From an uncultured Lentisphaerota bacterium (lineage in GTDB: Bacteria > Verrucomicrobiota > Lentisphaeria > Oligosphaerales > CAITYL01): a DNA stretch of 64,000 nt. This document shows positions 37,202-46,698 of the stretch, piece after piece (the stretch's first letter is position 1; each line of letters starts with the position of its first letter). Under the pieces are notes generated by a model, which saw nothing but the letters and a program-made list of their open reading frames with translations, did no database searches and was not told the origin of the DNA. The stretch covers positions 29,040 through 93,039 of the forward strand of contig CAIXRA010000076.1 of the NCBI GenBank assembly GCA_903921725.1, given 5' to 3'. Made by a program: the position numbers and the translations under genes.

Positions 37202-37840
37202 GCTTCCCGTTCCCGGCAAGACCAGGATGTCCGTCCTGCGGTTGAACCCCGGCTCCGCACTCGTCCGGAACCGGAACGGAACCTCCCGCTTGTTCTTCCC
37301 CTCGACATGCGTGTCGCCATACATGACGTTGATGAACTCGCCCTTGTGGTTGGGCGTCTTCGCCGCGTCAGTCGGACCGTTCAGCGCCTTGCAGGCGTCG
37401 GTCATCAGCGCGGTGTCGGAACCGATTTCCTCCTCCTTATACCCGCGGCCAAAGTAGTAGTAATCCATGACGTTGGCCCCGGTCAGTCTTGTTGCAACGC
37501 CCGGCACAACCCGGCCGCCGCTGCTCGGACAGTGAAACAAGCTCAGGTCCGTGATGAACTTGTCGCGGATCAGCACGTCCATGTCCAAGGCCGACGACTC
37601 CAGCGTCACCCGGCGGTATGGCAGGCGACGCGTGACGCTCCCCGGAAGCATGCCGTCGTTGTCCTGCACATACTGCTTGCAGGCCAGCCCGATCTGCCTG
37701 AGATTGTTGGAACACTTGTTGCGGTTTCTCGGCTCGCGAGTATGGCCCCCCAGGCCGGGCAGAAGCACTGCCAATAGCACAACCAGAAGCATCACCATGA
37801 CAATCACCTCCACCAACGTCAATGCACGGCTGTGTCTCAT
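37196..37840 (-). CDS. Prepilin/pseudopilin-type N-terminal cleavage protein (DUF1559-like)
   Basis: MRHSRA|LTLVEVIVMV...LLAVLLPGL, CSNNLRQIGLA..QY..DN, LFHCPS, NHKGEFINVMYGDTHV (H-X9-DG variant). Confidence 0.85.
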   Translation of the reverse strand: MRHSRALTLVEVIVMVMLLVVLLAVLLPGLGGHTREPRNRNKCSNNLRQIGLACKQYVQDNDGMLPGSVTRRLPYRRVTLESSALDMDVLIRDKFITDLSLFHCPSSGGRVVPGVATRLTGANVMDYYYFGRGYKEEEIGSDTALMTDACKALNGPTDAAKTPNHKGEFINVMYGDTHVEGKNKREVPFRFRTSAEPGFNRRTDILVLPGTGSG

Positions 37841-37850
37841 CGTCCCGCCC

Positions 37851-37953
37851 TCCTTTGCGCCTTTGCACCTTTGCGTTTCCATCTTTAGCCACAGAGGGCA
37901 CAGAGGACACAGAGGTGTTCATCTGCGAAATCTGTGTAATCTGCGGATCACCC
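37851..37953. repeat. 103-bp direct repeat, right copy
   Basis: Matches 37099-37201; contains the TGA of the HTH gene, and its end overlaps the AGGAGG RBS of the pilin-like gene. Confidence 0.95.
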
Positions 37954-38403
37954 CTTGCCCCCGCCCGCGGCTGCGTCCGGCTCCGGCGTGCGGAGCGCGT
38001 TCAGCTTGGCGGTGTCGCCGGTGATGGAGACATGGCCGCAGCGCGTACACATCCGGGAGGTGATGGGGATCAGGCTGTCTTTCAGCGTCCAGAACTTGGT
38101 CTTCTTCGGCTTGAAGTAGATCAGGCCGGTGCTGCGGACGTCCCCCTCCACCAGCTCCGTGCCGTGGCAGACCGCGCAGAACTCGCGCACGACATTGACG
38201 TTCTTGTCCGCCGGGATCAGCTTGATCACCGCGTCCAGGTCCTCCTGCAGGAAGCGCGTCGAGTCGCCGACCTTGCGCACGTTAATCTTGCCGTCGCGCA
38301 TCCAGCGGTAGATCGTCGGCTCCCCGATGTCCAGATACTCCGCCGCCTCCCGGATGCTGAACCACACCGGCCCCTGGGGTTTTTCATGGCCTGATCCGCT
38401 CAT
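37948..38403 (-). CDS. Excisionase-like (HTH_17) DNA-binding protein fused to a Zn ribbon
   Basis: FSIREAAEYLDIGEPTIYRWMRDGKI..RKVG..TRF, then CAVC...CTRCG; ATGA overlap with the DUF2330 gene. Confidence 0.85.
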   Translation of the reverse strand: MSGSGHEKPQGPVWFSIREAAEYLDIGEPTIYRWMRDGKINVRKVGDSTRFLQEDLDAVIKLIPADKNVNVVREFCAVCHGTELVEGDVRSTGLIYFKPKKTKFWTLKDSLIPITSRMCTRCGHVSITGDTAKLNALRTPEPDAAAGGGKG

Positions 38404-40046
38404 TTTTCACCTCCCGTTTCCCGCTTGCCGTCCGTCTCATGCTTGGGTGCGGTGAACATCGCCGGGCAGCCGTGCCTGTCATACACCGTGATCTGCGGCC
38501 GCCCGTCCGCCGACAGCCCGACCGTGTAGTTGCCCGGCGAGGCTTCCTCGATGGGACGGCTGCGGAATTCCTGCCAGGAGAAGCGCTCAAGATATTTTGC
38601 CCGTAACTCCGCCACACCGGCGCCGTTCGGCAGTTCTTCAACCGCCCCCCTCGCCTCGGACTCCTGCAGCCACTCCGCCCGACCGAAAACGACTCCCATA
38701 TGGGCGGTCGGCAGGCACAGTCGCAACAGAAGGCCGGCAACCAGGATGCAGGCAAACCCCGGCAGCAAAATCCGCCTGAAGTATTTCCACCCGCCTCCCG
38801 CCTGCCACAACCAGTCCTCCTTCACCCGCCCGACGCCGAGCACAAGCAGAAACAGAGAAGCCGCTCCGCCCACAAGCAGAATGGAAAACTTCCGCACGAG
38901 GCTGACGCTATAAAGCGTGGCGCGGCAGGCGGATGCCATTTTCCACACCATCACGAAATCCTGATCCATCTGGCGCGGCGTCACCGTGCCGGAAAGGCGC
39001 GTAAACACGATTCCCGCAGACACCATGCGCAGGAATTCCGGATGGCCGCAGACGCCCCCGGCAACATCGCGTGCAGACAAGATGCTTGTGTGTGCCATAT
39101 CCGCGGAGGCCCATGCCGGCGTTGCCCGCAGCGTGTCGGAAAACCATGTCTTCAGCACCGGCGCCAACGCCCGCTTCGGCCCCGCGACAAACAGGTCGAG
39201 CCACATCGGCTGCCCGGAGAGCGCCGTAAGCCGCATGGGATAGACCGCCTCCTTCGCCGGGAAGGTCACGGCCAATGGGTGCGGCGTCTGCACGCCCTTC
39301 TCCGCGAGCTGCAGGCGGACGGCCACGAAGCGCCAGCCGTCGCGGATGTACGACTCGACAATGTTGCGTCCCTGTCCCGGCAGGGCCGCCAGTTCGTTCA
39401 GCGCCAGCCATTTGTCCAGCGCCGCGGCGGAATCCGCCTTGAGCACGGCTATTTCGTAATGGCCGACCATCATGGACTGCCGGACTTCGACACCGGAAAC
39501 CGCGTAACCACCCCCGACCCCAAGCCCAATTGTCGCCATATTCGAACTACGGGAGCCGAATTCCCGGAGGTGCGGAAAAAGCAGGAGCGAAAGGAATATG
39601 GCCAGCATCAGAAAAAGGAAATTCATTTTTGCCGCCCGCCGCCGGCGGAAAAAACAGACAAACAGACAGACAATCCAAACGGCGGGAAGGATTCCCCACG
39701 CCACCCACACATTCAGGTTGAACCGATACTTGATCTCCGGCTGGAAGCAGGCGTCGAGGGTCTTGAGCAGGCCGGGGGAGGCTTCGCGGACCGAGTCGGG
39801 CTCGGCGGGCAGCGGCAGGATCCAGCCCAGGCGCTGGCTCTTGGCGTCGAGGCTCGACTCGATCACCAGCGTCTCGCGCTTCGCCGCCTCGTCCCAGACC
39901 AGCAGCGCGCGCTGCGCGGGAATCGCCGGCGGCGTCGCGACGGCGCGCTCGGGGAAGTAGCAGCCGTCCGCATGCGCGGAAGGCGCGGCTGCCGCCAGCA
40001 GGACCACCGCACACATCACAGGAAGAATGCCCAACCACCGCCGCAT
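38400..40046 (-). CDS. DUF2330-like secreted/membrane protein
   Basis: Signal peptide ending ADGCYF, QRALLVW...ETLVI, GWILPLP..P, VGHYEIAVL, WL..N, YIRDGWRFVA.RL, HPL..TF...VYPMRLT; extra TM pairs. Confidence 0.75.
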   Translation of the reverse strand: MRRWLGILPVMCAVVLLAAAAPSAHADGCYFPERAVATPPAIPAQRALLVWDEAAKRETLVIESSLDAKSQRLGWILPLPAEPDSVREASPGLLKTLDACFQPEIKYRFNLNVWVAWGILPAVWIVCLFVCFFRRRRAAKMNFLFLMLAIFLSLLLFPHLREFGSRSSNMATIGLGVGGGYAVSGVEVRQSMMVGHYEIAVLKADSAAALDKWLALNELAALPGQGRNIVESYIRDGWRFVAVRLQLAEKGVQTPHPLAVTFPAKEAVYPMRLTALSGQPMWLDLFVAGPKRALAPVLKTWFSDTLRATPAWASADMAHTSILSARDVAGGVCGHPEFLRMVSAGIVFTRLSGTVTPRQMDQDFVMVWKMASACRATLYSVSLVRKFSILLVGGAASLFLLVLGVGRVKEDWLWQAGGGWKYFRRILLPGFACILVAGLLLRLCLPTAHMGVVFGRAEWLQESEARGAVEELPNGAGVAELRAKYLERFSWQEFRSRPIEEASPGNYTVGLSADGRPQITVYDRHGCPAMFTAPKHETDGKRETGGEK

Positions 40047-40152
40047 GCACTGCCTCCGGTTTTCCGCGTGTTGAACTATCTCTTGCTGTCACCTGCTATC
40101 AAAGTATTGTCATGGCGTTGTATTTGCAAGCCGCCGGTGAAATTAAAGTGGG

Positions 40153-40194
40153 GCCGATCGGACGGATCCGACCGATCAGCCCCATCGGCCCCAT
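40153..40194. repeat. Degenerate 9-bp tandem repeat
   Basis: GCCGATCGG ACGGATCCG ACCGATCAG CCCCATCGG CCCCAT in the divergent DUF2330/aroA gap. Confidence 0.6.
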
Positions 40195-40311
40195 GCGGCG
40201 GAGCCGGCTCTTTTAGCTTTCGCGCGCGCTGCGGGAATGCACGGCTATATTTTCGCCTTGAACGGCAATCGGGAATCCTCAACGCAAACCGCAATTTAAA
40301 AGACAGCCGCC

Positions 40312-41589
40312 ATGTTTTTCCGCTGCACCGCATCCCAGCTCCGGGGCGCCGCCGCCATACCGGGTTCCAAGTCGCACACCATCCGCGCCGTGGTCATCGC
40401 CGCGCTTGCCGACGGCGAGAGCGTGATCGAGGCGCCGCTACTTTCCGCCGACGCGCAGTCGGCCGCCGCCTGCGCCGCGCAGCTCGGCGCGGAGGTGGAC
40501 ATGAGCGACGGCGGCGTCTGGCGCGTGCGGGGGTTCGGCAGCGTGCCGCGCCCGAAGTCGGACGTCCTCGACACGGGGAACTCCGGCACGACGATGAATA
40601 TCCTGCTGGGCATCTCCGCCCTGCTCCCCGCCGGCCGCGAGATCACGCTCACCGGCGACCACCAGGTGCAGCGCCGGCCCAACGGCCCGCTCGCCGCGGC
40701 GCTGAACAACCTCGGCGCCTCGGTCGTCTCCGAACGCGGCGACGGCTGCCCGCCGTTCCGCATCCGCGGCACGCTCAAAGGCGGCTTCACCACGCTCGAC
40801 GCGCCGACCAGCCAGTACCTGACCAGCCTGCTGCTCGCCTGCCCGCTGGCGGAGGGGGACACGGAAATCGAGCTGACCCGCCTGAACGAGGCGTCCTACG
40901 CGCAGATGACGCTCGACTGGCTCGCCTTCCAGGGGATCCGCACCGAACGCGACGGCTGGAAGCGGGTGCGCATCCCTGGCCGCCAGCACTACCGCCCCTT
41001 CACGCGCCGCATCCCGGCCGACTTCTCCTCCGCCAGCTTCTTCCTCTGCGCCGGCGCCATCCCCGGCAACGAGGTGCTCTGCCGGGGGCTCGACATGGAC
41101 GACTGCCAGGGGGACAAGGCGGTGGTCGGCTATCTGCGGCAGATGGGCGCGGAGATCACGCTCGGGCCCGACGGCGTCCGCGTCCGCGGCGGCCGGCTGC
41201 GCGGCATCGAGATCGACATGGACGAGACGCCGGACGCGCTGCCGGTGATGGCCGTCCTCGGCTGTTTCGCCGAGGGGACGACCGTGCTGCACAACGTCGC
41301 CCACGCCCGGATTAAGGAGACCGACCGCATCGCCGTGATGGCCGCCGAACTCCGCAAGATGGGTGCGCGGATCGAGGAGCGGCCCGACGGTCTGGTCATT
41401 CATCGAAGCGCGCTGCACGGCGCGGCGGTCGAGGGGCACGGTGACCACCGGGTCGTGATGTCGCTCGCGCTGGCCGGCATGTCCTGCCCCGGGGAAACCA
41501 CCGTCACCACTGCGGAGGCCGCCGGTGTCACCTTCCCGAACTACGCGGAACTCATGCGCAACCTCGGCGGGAAGCTGGCGGCGGAATGA
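40312..41589 (+). CDS. aroA: 3-phosphoshikimate 1-carboxyvinyltransferase
   Basis: PGSKSHTIR, GNSGTT, SQYLTSLL, DFSSA, RIKETDRI, DHRVVM. Confidence 0.96.
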   Translation: MFFRCTASQLRGAAAIPGSKSHTIRAVVIAALADGESVIEAPLLSADAQSAAACAAQLGAEVDMSDGGVWRVRGFGSVPRPKSDVLDTGNSGTTMNILLGISALLPAGREITLTGDHQVQRRPNGPLAAALNNLGASVVSERGDGCPPFRIRGTLKGGFTTLDAPTSQYLTSLLLACPLAEGDTEIELTRLNEASYAQMTLDWLAFQGIRTERDGWKRVRIPGRQHYRPFTRRIPADFSSASFFLCAGAIPGNEVLCRGLDMDDCQGDKAVVGYLRQMGAEITLGPDGVRVRGGRLRGIEIDMDETPDALPVMAVLGCFAEGTTVLHNVAHARIKETDRIAVMAAELRKMGARIEERPDGLVIHRSALHGAAVEGHGDHRVVMSLALAGMSCPGETTVTTAEAAGVTFPNYAELMRNLGGKLAAE

Positions 41590-43844
41590 ACCTGTTCGAC
41601 CACAACCGGAAGCGCCAGATTGAGGAGGAGCAGCCGCTGGCGGCGCGGATGCGTCCGCGGACGCTGGAGGAGTTCATCGGCCAGGAGCACATCCTGGCGC
41701 CGGGACGGCTGCTGCGGCGCGCCATCCAGGCCGACCAGATATCCTCGATCATCTTCTACGGCCCGCCGGGCACCGGCAAGACCACGCTGGCCTCGGTCAT
41801 CGCGAACACGACGAAGAGCCATTTCGTGGTGCTCAACGCCGTGCTCGCCGGGGTTGCCGACCTGCGGAAGATCACGGAGGAGGCGCAGCAGCGCCGCGGC
41901 GAGCAGGGGCTGCGCACGACGCTGTTCGTGGACGAGGTGCACCGCTGGAACAAGGCGCAGCAGGACGCGCTGCTGCCGTGGGTCGAGAACGGCACGGTCG
42001 TGCTGATCGGCGCGACCACGGAGAACCCGTACTTCACCGTCAACCGCGCGCTGGTCAGCCGCAGCCGCATTTTCCAGCTCAAGCCGCTGGAGAAGGCGCA
42101 CGTCGAGCAGGTCATGCTCCAGGCGCTGCGCACGCCGGACCGCGGCTTCGGCAACCTGAAGATCGAGATCAAGCCCGACGCGCTCGACCATCTGGCGGAC
42201 ATCGCCAACGGCGACGCCCGCGCCGCGCTGAACGCGCTGGAGCTGGCCGTGGAGACGACGACGCCCGACGCCGACGGCGTGATCGCCATCGACATGCACG
42301 TCGCCGAGGAATCGATCCAGCGCCGGGCCGTGCTCTACGACAAGGAGGGCGACTACCATTTCGACACCATCAGCGCCTTCATCAAGTCCCTGCGCGGCTC
42401 CGACCCCGACGCGGCGCTCTACTGGCTGGCGAAGATGGTGTACGCCGGCGAGGACCCGCGCTTCCTCTTCCGGCGCATGCTGATCTTCGCGGGGGAGGAC
42501 GTCGGCCTGGCCGACCCGCAGGCGACGGTGTTCACCGCGGCGGCGGCGGAGGCGTTCGACCGCGTCGGCATGCCGGAGGGCAACTACCAGCTGGCGACGG
42601 CCGCGCTCTACCTGGCGACCGCGCCGAAATCGAACTCGGTGATGGGGTTCTTCGACGCGCTCGGCATGATCGAGAAGGAGAAGGAGGGCGAGGTACCGAA
42701 CCACCTGCGCGACGCGAGCCGCGACAAGGAAGGGTTCGGCCACGGCGTCGGCTACAAGTACCCGCACGCCTACCACGACCACTGGGTCGCGCAGCAGTAC
42801 CTGCCGGACGACCTCAAGGGGCGGCTGTTCTATACCCCCGGCACGCTCGGGCATGAGGCGCGCATCGCGGAGACGCTCCAGCGCCGGCGCGAGGCGCAGA
42901 TCTCCGCCAGCATGGCCGCGGAGGCGGAAGGGACGGACTCGCCCCCCGAGGTGCTCACGTTCGCGAAGAAGGACAAGGCGGTGGACCGCTGGCTGGAGCG
43001 CGCCGCCGGCACGCTCGCCGCGGAGCAGGAACAGATCCGCGGCCGCATCTTCGCCGCGCGCCGGGTGCAGCGCCACGAGCGCATCCTCGACCTCAACGCC
43101 CGCGTGGGGCTGCTGACCTGGGAGGCGGTCCGGCTCGCGCCGGAGGGCGGCGTCTGGACGCTTGCCCCGACGGCCGCCGATGCCAAGCGCCTCCGGGAAA
43201 CCTCCGCCGCCCTGCCGCTGCTGCACCAGCCGCACGTGCTCTCCGGAAACCCGTGCGGACTCCGCGGGTTGCTGGAGGCCTCGGGGCACGGCGACATCCG
43301 TTTTGAAATGATGGTCGGGCACAACGCCTGGAACCGCGCCGCGACCGCTGGCGGCGATGCGTCCGCCTTTTTCTGCGGTTTGTGGGAATGCCTGGCCGGC
43401 GGCGGCACGCTTTCGCTGGCGGAACGGCTGCCAGCTTATCCGCAGACGCTGTACGGCCTGGCACCGCTGGAGAGGCTGGAGCCTGAACTCGCCCGGCGCC
43501 TGGCCGCCGCGGAGGACGCCCTGCTGGCCGCCGATTCCACGCGCAGCCTCGACGAACACGCGCTGCGGCATGCCGCGGAATCCGCGGGTGTCACCAGCCT
43601 CAATGTCGAGGTGGCGCAGATGACCAAGCCGCTGCTCTACGACCGTGCCGCGATGGAGGCGCTCTTCACGGCGGCTCCGGGTTCGGGCGAAGGCATTTAT
43701 GCAGCCAACCTGCGCCGGCACGGCTTCACGGACGAGGAAATTGAACGGGTCCGGCAGCTCTACCTTTCCGGCATCTGCCACAAGCCCGTCACGCTTCACA
43801 TGACCTACGCCTTTCTCCGGGCCAAGAAGGAATCCGACCGATGA
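41586..43844 (+). CDS. rarA: RarA/MgsA AAA+ ATPase fused to a C-terminal SAM-methyltransferase-like domain
   Basis: PLAARMRP, GPPGTGKTT, DEVHR, GATTENP, SAFIKSLRGSD, YKYPH; extra ~300 aa with RILDLNARVGLL. Confidence 0.9.
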   Translation: MNLFDHNRKRQIEEEQPLAARMRPRTLEEFIGQEHILAPGRLLRRAIQADQISSIIFYGPPGTGKTTLASVIANTTKSHFVVLNAVLAGVADLRKITEEAQQRRGEQGLRTTLFVDEVHRWNKAQQDALLPWVENGTVVLIGATTENPYFTVNRALVSRSRIFQLKPLEKAHVEQVMLQALRTPDRGFGNLKIEIKPDALDHLADIANGDARAALNALELAVETTTPDADGVIAIDMHVAEESIQRRAVLYDKEGDYHFDTISAFIKSLRGSDPDAALYWLAKMVYAGEDPRFLFRRMLIFAGEDVGLADPQATVFTAAAAEAFDRVGMPEGNYQLATAALYLATAPKSNSVMGFFDALGMIEKEKEGEVPNHLRDASRDKEGFGHGVGYKYPHAYHDHWVAQQYLPDDLKGRLFYTPGTLGHEARIAETLQRRREAQISASMAAEAEGTDSPPEVLTFAKKDKAVDRWLERAAGTLAAEQEQIRGRIFAARRVQRHERILDLNARVGLLTWEAVRLAPEGGVWTLAPTAADAKRLRETSAALPLLHQPHVLSGNPCGLRGLLEASGHGDIRFEMMVGHNAWNRAATAGGDASAFFCGLWECLAGGGTLSLAERLPAYPQTLYGLAPLERLEPELARRLAAAEDALLAADSTRSLDEHALRHAAESAGVTSLNVEVAQMTKPLLYDRAAMEALFTAAPGSGEGIYAANLRRHGFTDEEIERVRQLYLSGICHKPVTLHMTYAFLRAKKESDR

Positions 43845-44413
43845 AACAACTATGCGCATGGTGTGGAAATGGCATACGGAAAGACGCCGCTGAAAACGAG
43901 GCGGACGCTCCCGTCTCCCACGGCATCTGCCACGCCTGCGCCGGCGGGATGCTTACCGCGAAGCCCCAGGAGCTGCGCGGGTTTCTCGACCGTTTTGCCT
44001 TTCCCGTCCTGCTGGTCAACGCCGACGGCAGCATCGTGCTGGCCAATCACCAGGCATGCGACATGCTGGCCCTGTCTCCGGAGTCGTTTCCCGCGCAGGA
44101 CTTCGGCAGTGTGGCCGAATGCGTCTATGCAAAAGAGACCGGCGGCTGCGGACGCAGCGTCCACTGCACCGGCTGCACGCTCCGCCGCACGCTCGTGGAC
44201 ACCGCCGCCACCGGCAAAAACCACCAGAACGTCCCGGCATCGCTCCAACTTCTTCCGCGAAAGATCGCACCGCCGGTGGAATGCCTCATTTCGACGGAAA
44301 AGTCCGGCGGATTCATCCTGTTGGAGCTTAAAAAAATCCAGAAGCCGCAACCGTTGCCGGACGCCCGGCCCGCACCGCCTGCCGGTGGCGATACCGATAC
44401 GCAAAAGCTATAG
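43841..44413 (+). CDS. Cys-rich PAS-like domain protein
   Basis: CAWC...SHGICHAC, PVLLVNADGSIVLAN, C...GGCGRSVHC.GC.LR; ATGA overlap with rarA. Confidence 0.75.
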   Translation: MKQLCAWCGNGIRKDAAENEADAPVSHGICHACAGGMLTAKPQELRGFLDRFAFPVLLVNADGSIVLANHQACDMLALSPESFPAQDFGSVAECVYAKETGGCGRSVHCTGCTLRRTLVDTAATGKNHQNVPASLQLLPRKIAPPVECLISTEKSGGFILLELKKIQKPQPLPDARPAPPAGGDTDTQKL

Positions 44414-44589
44414 TACCCTGAATTCCACAGAAATTGGCGCGCCCCATTTATCCGGCGCCGCATTCGTTTTGTACTCCGCCGTCTACCGCATCCACACCCA
44501 TCGCGCAGCAAGCGCAACCGCTCCGGCCGTCTGATGGCGGTCGGGCGTTCATGAACCGTCCAGACCAATACACAAAAAGGGGCAAAGCC

Positions 44590-45681
44590 ATGAGCGAGAA
44601 GACGATCTACAATTTCAACGCCGGTCCGGCGGTGCTGCCGCGCGAGGTCATGCTGAAGGCGCAGGCGGAGTTCGCCAATTTCCACGGCATCGGCTACGGG
44701 CTGATGGAGGAAAGCCACCGCAGCCCCGTCTTCGAGGAAGTGCTGGCCAAGACCGAGAAGAACGTGCGCGACCTGCTGGGGGTCGACGACTCCTATTCCG
44801 TGCTCTTCCTGCAGGGCGGCGCCAGCCTCCAGTTCGCCATGATCCCGATGAACCTGGCCCTGCCCGGCAAGCCGATGCTCTACGCGAACACGGGCTACTG
44901 GGCCGGCCGCGCCATCGCCGAGGCGAAGCTGTTCGGCGACGTCAAACTCGTGTACGACGGCAAGCCGACAAACTACAGCCACATCGGCGACTGCTCCGAC
45001 TGGCAGTTCGACCAGGACGCCTCCTACGCCTACCTCTGTTCCAACAACACCATCTACGGCTCGCAGTACCGCAGCTTCCCGGACACCGGCAAGCTTCCGC
45101 TGATCGCCGACATGTCCAGCGACATCATGAGCCGCCCGGTCAACATGAGCAAGTTCTCCATGATCGTCGCCGGCGCGCAGAAGAACCTCGGCCCCTCCGG
45201 CGTCACGCTCGTCATCATGAAGAAGGATCTCGTCGCCCGCACGCCGGAGAAGACGCCGACCATGCTCAAGTACTCCACCCACATCGACAACAATTCGATG
45301 TACAACACCCCGCCGACCTTCGGCATCTACATGCTCGGCCTGGTCACCGACTGGATTAAGGACCAGGGCGGTCTGGAGGGGATGAAGAGCCTGAACACGC
45401 ACAAGTCGCAGACGGTCTACGAATGCATCGACCACTCCGGCGGTTACTACCGCGGCACGGTGGACGCGGCCGACCGCTCGCAGATGAACATCACCTTCCG
45501 CCTCGGCACCGAGGAGCTGGAGAACAAGTTCCTCAAGGAGGCCAAGGCCCGCGGCTTCATCGGGCTGAAGGGGCACCGCGCCGTCGGCGGCGTCCGCGCC
45601 AGCGTCTACAACGCCATGCCATACGCCGGCGTCTCCGCGCTGGTTGACTTCATGCACGAATTCCAGTCCAAGAACGGCTGA
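44590..45681 (+). CDS. serC: Phosphoserine aminotransferase
   Basis: NFNAGPA, SHRS, LQGGAS, ADMSS, AGAQKNLGP, NTPP, GHR.VGG.RAS.YNA. Confidence 0.97.
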   Translation: MSEKTIYNFNAGPAVLPREVMLKAQAEFANFHGIGYGLMEESHRSPVFEEVLAKTEKNVRDLLGVDDSYSVLFLQGGASLQFAMIPMNLALPGKPMLYANTGYWAGRAIAEAKLFGDVKLVYDGKPTNYSHIGDCSDWQFDQDASYAYLCSNNTIYGSQYRSFPDTGKLPLIADMSSDIMSRPVNMSKFSMIVAGAQKNLGPSGVTLVIMKKDLVARTPEKTPTMLKYSTHIDNNSMYNTPPTFGIYMLGLVTDWIKDQGGLEGMKSLNTHKSQTVYECIDHSGGYYRGTVDAADRSQMNITFRLGTEELENKFLKEAKARGFIGLKGHRAVGGVRASVYNAMPYAGVSALVDFMHEFQSKNG

Positions 45682-45708
45682 GCAGACCGCAAAAAATCCA
45701 CGCAACCG

Positions 45709-45739
45709 GAGCCGGGAAACCATTCCCGGCTCTTTTTTT
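45709..45739 (+). terminator. Rho-independent terminator after serC
   Basis: GAGCCGGGAA-acca-TTCCCGGCTC followed by T7. Confidence 0.88.
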
Positions 45740-45904
45740 GTCCGTGACGGCGGCATGCCGCGCCCGCACTACGGACACACCGTTCCATCCACCGGATTTT
45801 TTGCCGTATTTGCGGTTGCATTTTCGTCTGAGCCGTGGTAGTTTCAAGCAGAGACGGAACCGGTGACCGGACAGACGACGGGGCCGTCCAAAGGAGAAGC
45901 CGCC

Positions 45905-46450
45905 ATGAACATCCGCTTTGGAGAACGCGTCACCAGCAGCGACCTCAAGGAACTCGGCATCCTGAAGGAGCTTCTTGTCCAGCCGGCGACCCGCGAAGTC
46001 GCCTACCTGGTCGTGCAGCGCGGATTGTTCTTCGGCACGGACACGCTTGTGCCGACCGAGGCCGTGGCGGGCGTCACCCCCGACGGCATCCGCCTGAACC
46101 AGACCGCCGAAACCATCAGCAGCCAGGTGCAGGAGATTTCCGCTCCGGAGACGCAGCCGCGGAGTTCCCTCATCCCGCCCGGATTTGTCCCCGGCGAGAT
46201 TTCCCCGCCGCTCGCCGCGCCCAACGGCACCGTGAGCTTGGATCATGACACGCCGGTGGAGACGAGCGACGGCAGGGCCGTCGGGCGCATCCTGTCCGTG
46301 ACGACCGCCGACCGCCGCATCACGGAGATCGTGCTCAAGGGCGGCATGGCGCATCCGGGCCGCACGTTTGACGCGGAAAGCATCGGGCATATCGAGGACA
46401 ACCGGATTGTCCTCACGATTCCCGCGGAGGCGCTGAACGCCGCCGGGTGA
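45905..46450 (+). CDS. PRC-barrel domain protein (two barrels)
   Basis: VTSSD.KELG...LLVQP.TREV.YLVVQRGLFFG..TLVP; second copy VETSDGRAVG...ITEIVL; AAGGAG RBS. Confidence 0.75.
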   Translation: MNIRFGERVTSSDLKELGILKELLVQPATREVAYLVVQRGLFFGTDTLVPTEAVAGVTPDGIRLNQTAETISSQVQEISAPETQPRSSLIPPGFVPGEISPPLAAPNGTVSLDHDTPVETSDGRAVGRILSVTTADRRITEIVLKGGMAHPGRTFDAESIGHIEDNRIVLTIPAEALNAAG

Positions 46451-46530
46451 AGCTGCTGGCAAATCGCCGTTCCCGCATCACATTACCCCCCTTGTCCACG
46501 CAGGAACCCCTCCTGCATGCGGCACGGCAG

Positions 46531-46615
46531 GCGAGAGTGGCGGAATTGGCAGACGCACTGGATTTAGGTTCCAGCGGGGAAACCCTTGGGGGTTCGAGTC
46601 CCCCCTCTCGCACCA
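46531..46615 (+). tRNA. tRNA-Leu (anticodon TAG)
   Basis: GCGAGAG acceptor stem, GGCGGAATTGGCAGAC D-arm, CTGGA-TTTAGGT-TCCAG, long variable arm, GGTTCGAGTCC, encoded CCA. Confidence 0.97.
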
Positions 46616-46698
46616 TTATAATACGTTTGAATTGATGTATTTACGTCATAGGCAAGCGTGAAGACTCATCCGCTTGCCGTGGCGGCCGGAGTTTCACC

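Noticed and set aside
37099-37953. DGR template/variable repeat pair or canonical attC sites
   Set aside because: Mismatches are not adenine-specific, the repeats are essentially intergenic, no RT or IntI is in the window, and canonical attC core boxes are not evident.
37948-38403. Phage excisionase indicating a prophage
   Set aside because: No phage structural, replication or integrase genes nearby; HTH_17 domains are also common in regulators.
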